DNA of 64,000 nucleotides from the NCBI GenBank assembly GCA_035996875.1, contig DASYJD010000043.1, forward strand, positions 6,724 to 70,723, in the 5' to 3' direction. The notes beneath the pieces were generated by a model. It did not search any database. It saw nothing but the letters and a program-made list of their open reading frames with translations, and was not told the origin of the DNA. The position numbers and the translations under genes were made by a program. This document shows, in pieces, positions 25,536 through 34,444 of this stretch. Within the stretch, counting starts at the first letter, position 1. Every line of letters starts with the position of its first letter. The stretch is from Thermoanaerobaculia bacterium (GTDB taxonomy: Bacteria > Acidobacteriota > Thermoanaerobaculia > Multivoradales > UBA5704).

Positions 25536-27683
25536 ATGGCCGGGAAGAAAAGCAATCAAACGCCGAAGCAGATCGAAACGCTTATTCATGAGGAAGCGTC
25601 GCGCAAGAACATTCCCACGGCCGAGCTTCAGTCGGTCATGGCGAAGAACACCCAAAGCCCAATTCAGGTTGCCTACGAGCGCCGGAACCGCGATCTAGAT
25701 CCGCAACTTGTCTGGCGCGGCAAGGACGAGAAGGACTGGTCGGATCTGGTGGTGACGGCGCCCCCACTGTTCATTCAGGAGAAGGTGCATCCTAAAGCAT
25801 TGATCGACGATCTGGTCCAACGAAGCTCGCGCTCGAAGGAACAGGCGTCGGGAGTTCAGATCGATCTGTTCGCGGACTTCAACGGCGTTCCTGAGGGGGA
25901 CGCCAAGACCGAGTTTTACCAGCACGAAGCGAACTGGACGAACCGCATGATCCTGGGCGATAGCCTGCAAGTGATGGCCTCGCTCGCCGAGCGCGAAGGA
26001 CTGCGCGGCAATGTCCAGTGTATCTACTTCGATCCGCCCTATGGCATCAAGTTCAACTCCAACTTCCAGTGGTCGACCACCAGCCGAGACGTCAAAGACG
26101 GCAATACGGATCACATCACCCGTGAGCCCGAGCAGGTGAGAGCATTCCGTGACACATGGCGTGATGGGATTCACAGCTACCTGACGTATCTACGCGATCG
26201 GCTAACGATAGCGCGAGATCTGCTGAGAGAGAGTGGATCGATCTTCGTGCAGATCGGCGATGAGAACGTTCACCTCGTTAGGGCAGTGATGGATGAGGTG
26301 TTCGGCGAACCAAACTTCATATCTCAGGTTGTCTTCAAGAAAACATCATCAACTTCTTCCGAGGATCTTTCAAGCGTTTTTGACTACCTGCTTTGGTATA
26401 GGAAATCCGCGGTCTGCAAATACCGCCCGCTGTTTCAGTTCAAGAATCCTGGCGATGAAGGCGCTACTCAGTATTCCTTGGGGGAAAGCAAGCTTGGGGA
26501 GCGTCGCACACTAGCCGATTGGAAGGAAGAAAATGTTATCGCGGGTTCACTAAGGGTTTTCGCGCACGACAACATCACTAGTCAACGCCCAGCTCAGGGA
26601 GAAGACGTTCGGGCACTTGAGTATGAGGGGCGCTATTTTTCAATCAAAAAGGGTACCTTTAAGACTGATGCGATAGGGTTGCGGCGGTTATCCCAAACGA
26701 AGCGAATGATCTTCGTAGGTGGCACACTGCGTTACGTGCGCTACCTGGATGACTTCAAGGTTTTTCCTTACTCGAATCTATGGACCGATACCACGACTTC
26801 CGGCTTTGCCGACCCGAAGGTCTACGTCGTACAGACGAATCGGTCTGTAATCGAGCGTTGCCTTCTAATGGCCACCGATCCTGGGGATCTCGTTCTCGAT
26901 CCAACCTGCGGCTCGGGCACCACAGCCTATGTCGCGGAGCAGTGGGGGCGCCGGTGGATTACAATCGATACCTCGCGCGTGGCCTTGGCGCTGGCTCGCG
27001 CTCGGATCATGGGGGCCCGCTATCCCTTCTATCATCTCGCGGACAGCCGCGAGGGCCAGCTCAAAGAGGCCGAAGTCCGTCGCACCGGGCCGAGCCAAGC
27101 CTCGACACACGGCGACCTGCGCCAGGGTTTCGTCTACGAGCGTGTGCCTCACATCACACTCAAGTCGATCGCCAACAACACTGAGATCGATGTCATCTGG
27201 GAGAGGTTCCAGCAGGCGCTAGAGCCCCTGCGTGGACAGCTCAACAGAGTTCTCGGCGAGACTTGGGAGGAATGGGAGATTCCTCGAGCTTCCGAGCCGA
27301 AATGGTCAGCGGACGTAAGGGACCTGCACGGCCGGTGGTGGAAGGAGAGGATCGCCCGGCAGAAGGAGATCGATGCCTCCATCGCCGCCAAGGCCGAGTA
27401 CGAGTATCTCTATGACAAGCCTTACTCGGACGACAGGAGAGTCCGCGTTGCAGGCCCATTTACGGTCGAGAGCATCTCGCCGCACCGTACTCTGGGAGTC
27501 GACGAGAACGACGACTTGATAGACTCCCTAGAGAGCGCCCAATGCGAGAGGCCGGACTTCGCCACCATGATCCTGGAAAACCTGAAGACCGCCGGGGTGC
27601 AACAATCGCGGCTAGACGATAAGATTCTGTTCTCCGTAGTCCAAAAGCAAAACAAAGTCCGGCAAGTACGTGCGGGCTTCTGA
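25536..27683 (+). CDS. mod: Type III R-M methyltransferase Mod (beta-class N6-adenine), present form with a nonsense 16-aa tail
   Basis: YFDPPYG (motif IV) then DPTCGSGTT (motif I); N-terminal LVWRGKDE. Ends ...SRLDDKILFSVVQKQNKVRQVRAGF*, after DKILFS (the 18-bp repeat) instead of continuing into the C-terminal domain encoded at 24580..25272. Confidence 0.85.
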   Translation: MAGKKSNQTPKQIETLIHEEASRKNIPTAELQSVMAKNTQSPIQVAYERRNRDLDPQLVWRGKDEKDWSDLVVTAPPLFIQEKVHPKALIDDLVQRSSRSKEQASGVQIDLFADFNGVPEGDAKTEFYQHEANWTNRMILGDSLQVMASLAEREGLRGNVQCIYFDPPYGIKFNSNFQWSTTSRDVKDGNTDHITREPEQVRAFRDTWRDGIHSYLTYLRDRLTIARDLLRESGSIFVQIGDENVHLVRAVMDEVFGEPNFISQVVFKKTSSTSSEDLSSVFDYLLWYRKSAVCKYRPLFQFKNPGDEGATQYSLGESKLGERRTLADWKEENVIAGSLRVFAHDNITSQRPAQGEDVRALEYEGRYFSIKKGTFKTDAIGLRRLSQTKRMIFVGGTLRYVRYLDDFKVFPYSNLWTDTTTSGFADPKVYVVQTNRSVIERCLLMATDPGDLVLDPTCGSGTTAYVAEQWGRRWITIDTSRVALALARARIMGARYPFYHLADSREGQLKEAEVRRTGPSQASTHGDLRQGFVYERVPHITLKSIANNTEIDVIWERFQQALEPLRGQLNRVLGETWEEWEIPRASEPKWSADVRDLHGRWWKERIARQKEIDASIAAKAEYEYLYDKPYSDDRRVRVAGPFTVESISPHRTLGVDENDDLIDSLESAQCERPDFATMILENLKTAGVQQSRLDDKILFSVVQKQNKVRQVRAGF

Positions 27684-30440
27684 GCCGTAGCGATAGGGCA
27701 CCTCGAGACCGAGGTTGTAATTTTTCACGTAGGCCCGTACTCGCGGATGCGACTCGGCCACGCGGCAGAGCTCAGCCTCCCAGTCGCTGTCGCAGACAAT
27801 CCAGTTGATATGGCAGCGGCGTGGATCGGTCTGCCACCGAGTCTCCTTCGAGGTGGTGAAGTGGACGTGCCGGGTCGAGCCCGTGGGGTTGTACGGATCG
27901 AGCATCGCCTTGACCGGCCGTTCCCCCACCAGGCTCGCGACGATGCCGTGGGTGATTCGCTCGCAGGCCATATCCGCCAGCTCCTCGTACAGGAGCTGCG
28001 CGGGGTACGTACCTCCGGTGCAAACCAGATGATGGTCGAGCCATTCGCCGGTGATTCGCTTGAGCTGGCCGAACAGATGGAGCTTGGGTTCCTCGCCGGG
28101 ATCGCGCCACTTGGTGTAGAGCAGACGCCGGGTGAGGTGGTAGAGCAACGTCGAGCGGCGAAGCTCGCCGGTGTGCACCAGGTTCAGATCGACCGCCTCA
28201 CCGAGAATGCCCTGGTTCCGGGTCACCGAGGGACCCACGAGATCCGGGGTCAGCTCAAGGGTCGAGTCGTCGTCGAAGCGGGCAGAGAGTTTCTCCTCGG
28301 GCAGCTCGACGCGGTAGCCCTCGACCCGTGGAAAACGGATCTCGCAGGCATCGCGCTCGGGACGAATCGCCTGGACCAGGACTGTCTCGCGAGGCGGCTG
28401 CGGCGGCGCCACCACCGGCTTCGCGTTGAAGTCAAAGGGGATGCCGAGCACGTCCGCATACTCGACGTTGAACAACCCCTCGTCGTTCAGATCGTACGAC
28501 TGGCGCCGGAGCGCCCGGCCGATCACCTGCTCGCAGAGGAGCTGAGTGCCGAAGGCGCGCACGCCGAGCACGTGGGTGACCGTGTTGGCGTCCCACCCCT
28601 CAGTCAGCATCGAGACGGAGACGACACAGCGGATGGAGCCACCGAGGCGTCCCTGCTTGCCGACTGTGTTCATCACCTCACGCAGGAGGTCTTCGTCCGA
28701 AAGGTTCTCTGCTTGCCGCTGGTCACCTGTGCGTTCACGGATCTCACGCCGGAAGCGATCGATCTCGTCCGCGGCCATCTTGCGGAAGTTGTCGTCGAGC
28801 CCTTCGCCGGCTTCGAGCTGCTCGCTGTCGATCAGCAGCGTGCGCGGCCGGCCGAGCCTGGCGCCCGACTCATCGAAGTTCCGGAAGAGAGGCAGCCGGC
28901 CATTCTCGATGGTTTTCGTGCCGTCATCGTTGGCGCGTTCGAAACCGGAGACGTAGTCATAGACCAGCTTCGAGGTCGAGGTGTTGTTGCACACCACGAT
29001 GAAGCAGGGAGGCACACTGACTCCGGCCTGCTCCCAAAGCTCGAAGGTCTTGGCATAGTGGCCGTAGAGGGCATCGAGCGCCGTCTGGAGCTTCGTCGGC
29101 AGCTTGAGGGGATCCAATCCGCCCGCCTTCGCGCGTCCCCTCTTCGGCATCTCGGCGCGAATGTGATCCCAGAGGTTGCGGAAGACGGGCATCTCTTCCC
29201 CCGGGATGTTGTCCGCGACCGGCACCCGGGGGAGCTTCACGATGCCGCTTTCGATGGCGTCCATCAGGGAGAAGTCGCTCATGGTCCAGGGGAAGAGGGT
29301 GCCCTCGGCGTAGCCCGAGCCGCGGAGGAAGAACGGCGTCGCCGATAGATCGATCACTCGCAGCAGGCCGAGCTTGCGCTGGACTCTCTCCAGTCCGGAG
29401 ATCCAGAGCCGTGCAGCCTCCTGGTTGCGTTCGGCTTCCTGCCGGTCCTCTCCCTTCAGCTCGTCCTCGTCGGGCTCGCCAGGTTTTTGGCGGTAGCAGT
29501 GATGGGCCTCGTCGTTGAGCACGAGGACGTTCTTCATTCCCATCAGGTCGGGCATCACGCGCTGAAGCATCTGGCCTTCGGTTTCGAGGGTCGAAAGCTC
29601 CGGCCCACGACCTTGGAGCAGCGCCCGGTTCCCTTTCGACAGCTCAAGCACCTCGCGCAGCTTGAAGGCGTGATAGTTGGTGATGACGATTTTCGCCCTC
29701 CCGAGATCCCCCAGGAGATCGGGCGGCACCAGCTCTCGGCTCTGGTAGTAGCTGTCCGGGTCGTTCGGCTGTAGCACCCGCAGACGGTCCCGGATCGTCA
29801 GGCCGGGGGTGACGACGAGGAAGCCTCGGGTGAACCGGCGGCTGTTCGGCCGGCGCACCGCATTGATCGTCTGCCAGGCGATGAGCATCGCCATGACGGT
29901 CGTCTTGCCGGTTCCGGTCGCGAGCTTGAGCGCCAGGCGGGCCAGCCCTGGGTTCGCCTCCTCGTTCGCCGCCGAGAGGTGATCGAGAAACTTCTGGCCC
30001 GCGGCGCCCAGTTTCGGCGCCACCTCGACGAGCCAGATGATTGTCTCAACCGCTTCGACCTGGCAGAAGAATGGCCGCAAAGCGCTGAACTTGTGGTGCC
30101 GCCAGTGTGCAAGGAGCCGTGCCGTCTCGGGAGTCACCGCCCAGTCGTTGGCGTTCGGCAGCTCCCGCCAGGCGTCGACCGTTTGACGCAGGGCGTTGAT
30201 GACGGGCGTTGGGTCGTACTTCTGGCGCTCGGTCGACAGACCCATAGCATCCTGGAGAAGGAGCTCCCTCTGCCCTATCCGTTGCTTCTTTGCCTGCGGA
30301 ATCGGCGACACGTACTGCGCCGACCGCCGCCGCTCGATCACCCGGTTCGTCGGCTGTCCGCTCTCGTCGAGCTCCCAGTACTGCGCAGGATAGTCGTATG
30401 GCGAGTTGAGGATGGGACGGTCAAAAAACGACAGGGACAT
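27612..30440 (-). CDS. res: Type III R-M restriction subunit Res (SF2 helicase/ATPase), truncated in the PD-(D/E)xK motif in the present orientation
   Basis: Reverse complement from 30440 reads MSLSFFDRPILNSPYDYP... Walker A TGTGKTT, DEAH box VLNDEAHH. C-terminus ...PDFVLLLDYGEQNLIV* lacks the EVK. The track labels this ORF '+', but the + strand at 27612 is in the Mod frame. The gene is on the minus strand. Confidence 0.85.
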   Translation of the reverse strand: MSLSFFDRPILNSPYDYPAQYWELDESGQPTNRVIERRRSAQYVSPIPQAKKQRIGQRELLLQDAMGLSTERQKYDPTPVINALRQTVDAWRELPNANDWAVTPETARLLAHWRHHKFSALRPFFCQVEAVETIIWLVEVAPKLGAAGQKFLDHLSAANEEANPGLARLALKLATGTGKTTVMAMLIAWQTINAVRRPNSRRFTRGFLVVTPGLTIRDRLRVLQPNDPDSYYQSRELVPPDLLGDLGRAKIVITNYHAFKLREVLELSKGNRALLQGRGPELSTLETEGQMLQRVMPDLMGMKNVLVLNDEAHHCYRQKPGEPDEDELKGEDRQEAERNQEAARLWISGLERVQRKLGLLRVIDLSATPFFLRGSGYAEGTLFPWTMSDFSLMDAIESGIVKLPRVPVADNIPGEEMPVFRNLWDHIRAEMPKRGRAKAGGLDPLKLPTKLQTALDALYGHYAKTFELWEQAGVSVPPCFIVVCNNTSTSKLVYDYVSGFERANDDGTKTIENGRLPLFRNFDESGARLGRPRTLLIDSEQLEAGEGLDDNFRKMAADEIDRFRREIRERTGDQRQAENLSDEDLLREVMNTVGKQGRLGGSIRCVVSVSMLTEGWDANTVTHVLGVRAFGTQLLCEQVIGRALRRQSYDLNDEGLFNVEYADVLGIPFDFNAKPVVAPPQPPRETVLVQAIRPERDACEIRFPRVEGYRVELPEEKLSARFDDDSTLELTPDLVGPSVTRNQGILGEAVDLNLVHTGELRRSTLLYHLTRRLLYTKWRDPGEEPKLHLFGQLKRITGEWLDHHLVCTGGTYPAQLLYEELADMACERITHGIVASLVGERPVKAMLDPYNPTGSTRHVHFTTSKETRWQTDPRRCHINWIVCDSDWEAELCRVAESHPRVRAYVKNYNLGLEVPYRYGSEARTYLPDFVLLLDYGEQNLIV
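27618..27635. repeat. Right 18-bp inverted repeat (gataagattctgttctcc)
   Basis: Encodes DKILFS in Mod (+) and GEQNLI in Res (-). Confidence 0.85.
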
Positions 30441-30785
30441 TTAGCAGAGGATATCTCACTGCGGCGAATGAATCCCATCCTGGCCCGCGTCACCCTTGGC
30501 AGGGTTGGGGATGGTGGGGTTCGCAGGGGTCCCAGGGTTGCACCCTGGGCTAGAGGAATGCCGCCCTCCGGGCTCTCGGCGTCGTCCATTGAGCTTTCAA
30601 GAGCCGCTCAACGCTCCTCGGGTACCTGACCGAAGACCTTGGCACCTCTCGCCACAACACGCAGGCTGACTACAACCGTACTGGAAAGCAGCTTGGCGCT
30701 GGACGGACTGCAAAATACCCCACGCCTACGGCCAAGCCGGCTGCCGAGCGCGGCCGAGGCCTACCACTCCTCCCGGACCCGTGAC

Positions 30786-30930
30786 CGGCCCCTTCAGGCC
30801 ACGGGTCCCCGCGGGTCTGCCGATCGTCTCAGCACCTTCTGCGAGCGAGCGGACCCAGGGCCGGAGGGGCGGTTGGACTCCCGGCCCCCCGGCGGATTTC
30901 AGTTGTCAAAGAACCTGCTTCACCCCGATC
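30786..30930. repeat. Left arm of a long (~140-bp, ~85% identity) inverted repeat
   Basis: Includes ggccggaggggcggttggactcccggccccccggcgg and the flanking ...gttgtcaaaga motif. Reverse complement matches 31640..31790. Confidence 0.7.
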
Positions 30931-31224
30931 GATGAGACCTCCTCGCCGGGCACTGCCTCCAGGAGGCAGGATCATACACCAAGAGAATCTGAAAACGTCA
31001 ATGCCAGTGAGCGAGATTTTTGAAAATTTCTAGGCTATCGTCAACCTTCTCAGAGAAGGGCAGACGTTTTCCACCGCTTCAAGACGCGATCCGTCACCTT
31101 GGCAGGAGGCGACCGTCGCCATTCGGCGCCCGGCCGGAACCGGTGGAGCGACCGCCCGCCCCTAGGGGCTGACCTGCTCCGGCCTCCTGAGAGGCAGCGG
31201 CCAGAAGATCGAGCCGGTCCGCCG

Positions 31225-31505
31225 CTGTTGAAAGTCGACTAGCCGCCGGCGGCCGACGCCGCGCCGGCAGCGGCGAGCCTCCGGCCGGTAGCCGAAATCC
31301 TCTCGCCGGTAGCGGCAAGTCGTCGGCCGGCAGCGGCCAGTCGTTGGCCGGTAGCGGCGGATCGTTCGCCGCCAGCGGCCAGTCGTCGGCCGGCAACGGT
31401 TAGTCGTTCGCCGCCAGCAGCCAGCCGTCTACCGGTAGCGGCGAGCCTCCGGCCGGCAGCGGCGAGTCGTCGGCCGGTGCCGGCTAACCGTCCGCCGGTA
31501 GCGGT
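31225..31505. repeat. Second degenerate 21-bp tandem array (~13 units; ggccggcagcggccagtcgtt family)
   Basis: Heptad LPADDWP-like on the minus strand but interrupted by stops, so probably non-coding. Lies inside the long inverted-repeat element. Confidence 0.7.
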
Positions 31506-31639
31506 CAGATGCCGCGAAGCCTACAAATTTCGTCTCGCATTGGCCACAGAAACCGTCTGTTAGGTTTTGTTCCAAAATCTAACAGGGTACTTGACTTCTT
31601 CAGGTGCCATGGATGTATGATCCAGCTCCCCTTCGGCGG

Positions 31640-31790
31640 GAAGGTCCCGCCGGCCGGGGTAGGTAGGCTCTTTGACAACTTGAACCGCCGGGGGGCCGGG
31701 AGCCCAACCGCCCCTCCGGCCCTTAGATCCGCTCGAACGCAGAGGGTGCGGAGACGATCGAGCGGATCTCAACGACCCGTGGCCTTAAGG
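31640..31790. repeat. Right arm of the long inverted repeat
   Basis: Reverse complement aligns with 30786..30930. Confidence 0.7.
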
Positions 31791-32019
31791 CGGGCAGGCC
31801 ACGGGTTTGTTTGTGTTTGGGGAGACAGGAGGGGGTGGAGAGGCGGCCAGGAAGGCGGCTTCGACGGAGGGTCCCCGAATCTCCCCGGCGGGGGTTGTCG
31901 TTTGATTGGGGCGGGATTGCCGCCTCGGAGACGTCCCGCCATTCCCGGGCCTGCGGAGGGGTGGCGTGGTCGGGCTGGGAGCGTCTCTACCCCTCCGGCC
32001 AGCTCTTTTGACGAGCTCC

Positions 32020-32350
32020 TACTTCCCCGCCAGGAACGCCTTTAGGACATGCCGGGCGACTTCGGGGTTCTCGCGCAGCCTCCGCATGGAGTATGGATAC
32101 CAGTCCCGGCCATAGGGGACGTAGACGCGCAAGCGGTGGCCGGCGGCGAGGAGGATGCGGCGCAGCTCGTCGTCCACCCGAGCAGCATCTGGAACTCGTA
32201 GCGGTCGCGGGGCACACTGTGCTTATCGAGGAGGGCCGTGGCCTCGCAAGCCAGATACTCGTCGTGGGTGGCGATGCCCACATAGACGCCGCGCAGAATG
32301 AGCTTCTCCAGGGCGCTGACGTAGTTGGCCCGCACGGTGTCATACCCCTT
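32020..32350 (-). pseudogene. Duplicated 3' fragment of proline dehydrogenase, frameshifted
   Basis: ~95% identical to 34445..34775. Encodes ...YDTVRANYVSALEKLILRGVYVGIATHDEYLACEATALLDKHSVPRDRYEFQMLLG, then a 1-bp deletion (cgtcgtccacccgag versus cgtcgtccaccccgag). Confidence 0.75.
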
Positions 32351-32433
32351 CCACCTTCGCGGATCGCCACCGGCCCAGCGCCGGTCAGGGCGTTCAACAG
32401 TTCCCACCGCTTGCCGGTGAGCGTCCCTGGAAA

Positions 32434-33918
32434 CTACTGCACCTGGAAGTTGACCGTTAGTACGTAGTAGACCTTGACAGGTTTACCCTCGAGCGTGGCC
32501 GGCCTGAACTTCCACTCTTGGACCGCCTCCACTGCAGAACCGTCGAGGCCCATAGGCAAGCCCTTGAGCACGCGAACGTTGGTGACATTGCCACCGGTGT
32601 CGATGATGGCTTCGACGATTACCGTACCAGTGACGCGTGCGCGACGGGCGAGTTCGGTGTAGACCGGCTCGACCTTATTGATGATCTCCGGCCGAGTTAC
32701 GCCGCCGCTAACGCGCAAGGGAGCATCTTCAACCACGCCGCCGCCACCGCCCGTCATCCCGGTGTCAACAGCGGTCGGCTCGCTGATGCGGTCGGCCGAG
32801 CCCCCTGCCTTGTGCATCGCCGGCAAATCCGTTGCCTTTTTTCCCAATGGCTGCTTTGGCGATTTCTGCTTAAAAGATGGCTGCTCAGGTGATGGCTGCT
32901 CAGCTAATGGCGAGGCCCGTTTTGAACCTACTTCCAGATTGATCAATAGCGGGACGGCGATCATAGCCACCAAGGCTAAGATGACACCCCACCAACGCAA
33001 GCTTGCCCTTGGAGAGGCTGTAGGTGCGCCAAGGGTAAAGCTCGGAGGCGACGCTGTGGGCCAGGGAGGCGCGACTGAAGACCTAGGCGGGACGGAGGTC
33101 GGCCCGCTCGGAGCTGCTGGTAAAGGATTGGGACCCCACCGCGAAGCAGGGGCCTCGCGGGCCCTCTGGGGTTCTGGCTCCGCTTTCTTTTGAACCCTCG
33201 CGGCCTGGGCCGCTTCTCGCTCCGCCGCCACAGCCTTCGCCTTGGCGGCCACTTGCGTTGCCAGTTCCGCTGCCTCCGCTGCCGCAGCCCATCTGGCTCG
33301 CTCTTCTGCCGCGATTCTCTCTTTGACCGTCCTTTCCGCCGCCAGCTTGGAGGCCGCCTCTCGAGCTGCGGCCAGTTCCAGTTGGTGGGCGCGCCATCGG
33401 AGCAAGGCGGTTAGCTCCCATCGAGCGGCGCGCAGTTCCTCTTTTTCTCTGAGCGTCGTCTTGAGCACGTTCTCCAAGTCGCTCAGCAGGCGAGACAGGT
33501 GGGAGTCGAAGTCCTGGAAGGGATCGAGGGTGGCTCCGTCGCGCCAGCCGAGATCCTTCAATTCCTCGGGCAGTTGTTGCGGCCGAGGCATCTCGACGCC
33601 TGCCAAGCAGACCGGCACCACTGGCAGCCAGCTCCGCTTAAGACTCTCCGCGACCTCGTAGCGAACCCAGTCCCGAGGATCCTCCAGCCGCTCGGTCAGG
33701 AGCTGTAACCACGCCGGACCGATGATGACCAGCACGATGTCGGTTACGCGTAAAGCCCGATCGACTTTCACAGGGAAGGACAGTCCCGGGCTTCGAGAGT
33801 CGACGTCCAGGAAGGTGCTCTCTTCGCCATAGCGCCTGCGGAGCTCTCGGAAGATCATGTGCGCCAAGTATTTACCTTCCTGGTCGCTCCTCCTGTACGA
33901 GATGAAGAAGTGTGGCAT
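32434..33918 (-). CDS. TIR-domain protein with coiled-coil, Pro-rich segment, one TM helix and periplasmic TonB C-terminal domain (novel architecture)
   Basis: N-terminal MPHFFISYRRSD...RDWVRYEVAESLKR (TIR_2-like with a candidate catalytic Glu). Ala/Glu-rich coiled coil. TM helix WWGVILALVAMIAVPLLINL. C-terminal ...RPEIINKVEPVYTELARRARVTGTVIVEAIIDTGGNVTNVRVLKG...VQEWKFRPA (TonB_C). Confidence 0.75.
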   Translation of the reverse strand: MPHFFISYRRSDQEGKYLAHMIFRELRRRYGEESTFLDVDSRSPGLSFPVKVDRALRVTDIVLVIIGPAWLQLLTERLEDPRDWVRYEVAESLKRSWLPVVPVCLAGVEMPRPQQLPEELKDLGWRDGATLDPFQDFDSHLSRLLSDLENVLKTTLREKEELRAARWELTALLRWRAHQLELAAAREAASKLAAERTVKERIAAEERARWAAAAEAAELATQVAAKAKAVAAEREAAQAARVQKKAEPEPQRAREAPASRWGPNPLPAAPSGPTSVPPRSSVAPPWPTASPPSFTLGAPTASPRASLRWWGVILALVAMIAVPLLINLEVGSKRASPLAEQPSPEQPSFKQKSPKQPLGKKATDLPAMHKAGGSADRISEPTAVDTGMTGGGGGVVEDAPLRVSGGVTRPEIINKVEPVYTELARRARVTGTVIVEAIIDTGGNVTNVRVLKGLPMGLDGSAVEAVQEWKFRPATLEGKPVKVYYVLTVNFQVQ

Positions 33919-34089
33919 CTCGGTTCAGACGCTCTCTAGCGCTCCTCTAGGGACATTCCATGGAGCGCATGGACAGGCAATAACAATCCGACGCGCAAGT
34001 ATTTACGACGAGGACGATCAGAAGGCTAACGCTGGACGGTTAACGCTGTCAAACAGACGCGCCCGCGACAACCTGCATCTGCGACGTAG

Positions 34090-34434
34090 TCAGGCGTTTG
34101 CCAGCGCAACCACCAAGCGTTTGCCCACGGCGTCGGCGTAGCGCACGAGGGTCTCGATGGTAGGGTTGAGGCGTTGCCCGGTTTCAAGTTTCGAGAGAGC
34201 CGACCGATCCATGCCAGTCAGTCGAGTCAAATCCGAAAGGCTCAATCCTTTTTCTTCGCGGGCGGACTTCAGTTGGTGGACCAGGTCTGTCAACTGGTCG
34301 AGGGCTGCCATGCGCTCCTCATGCCGCGCGATCAACTCGGGCAGCTCTTCTGTAACCTGTTTCCGGATCTCGCGATTTTCCGCGGCTTCTTCAGGAGAGA
34401 GGCGGCTATCACGGGTGATACGCCGAAGGCTCAT
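34090..34434 (-). CDS. XRE-family HTH protein (HigA-like; C-terminal helix-turn-helix)
   Basis: LSLSDLTRLTGMDRSALSKLETGQRLNPTIETLVRYADAVG. 114 aa. Immediately upstream of the TIR gene and downstream of putA-like PRODH. Confidence 0.7.
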   Translation of the reverse strand: MSLRRITRDSRLSPEEAAENREIRKQVTEELPELIARHEERMAALDQLTDLVHQLKSAREEKGLSLSDLTRLTGMDRSALSKLETGQRLNPTIETLVRYADAVGKRLVVALANA

Positions 34435-34444
34435 CGCCGGCTCC

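Noticed and set aside
27747-29348. 533-aa + strand ORF
   Set aside because: Antisense frame of the res gene, and typical high-GC open-frame artefact (R/G/A-rich).
27612-30440. '+' strand label for the Res ORF in the supplied track
   Set aside because: Translation of the + strand at 27612 gives the Mod frame (LDDKILFS...). The MSLSFFDRPILNSPY protein reads only from the reverse complement starting at 30440, so it was re-assigned to the minus strand.
31094-31396. 100-aa minus-strand ORF with PADDWPL heptads
   Set aside because: It is embedded in the 21-bp array, and the frame is broken by stops upstream. It reads as an array artefact rather than a gene.
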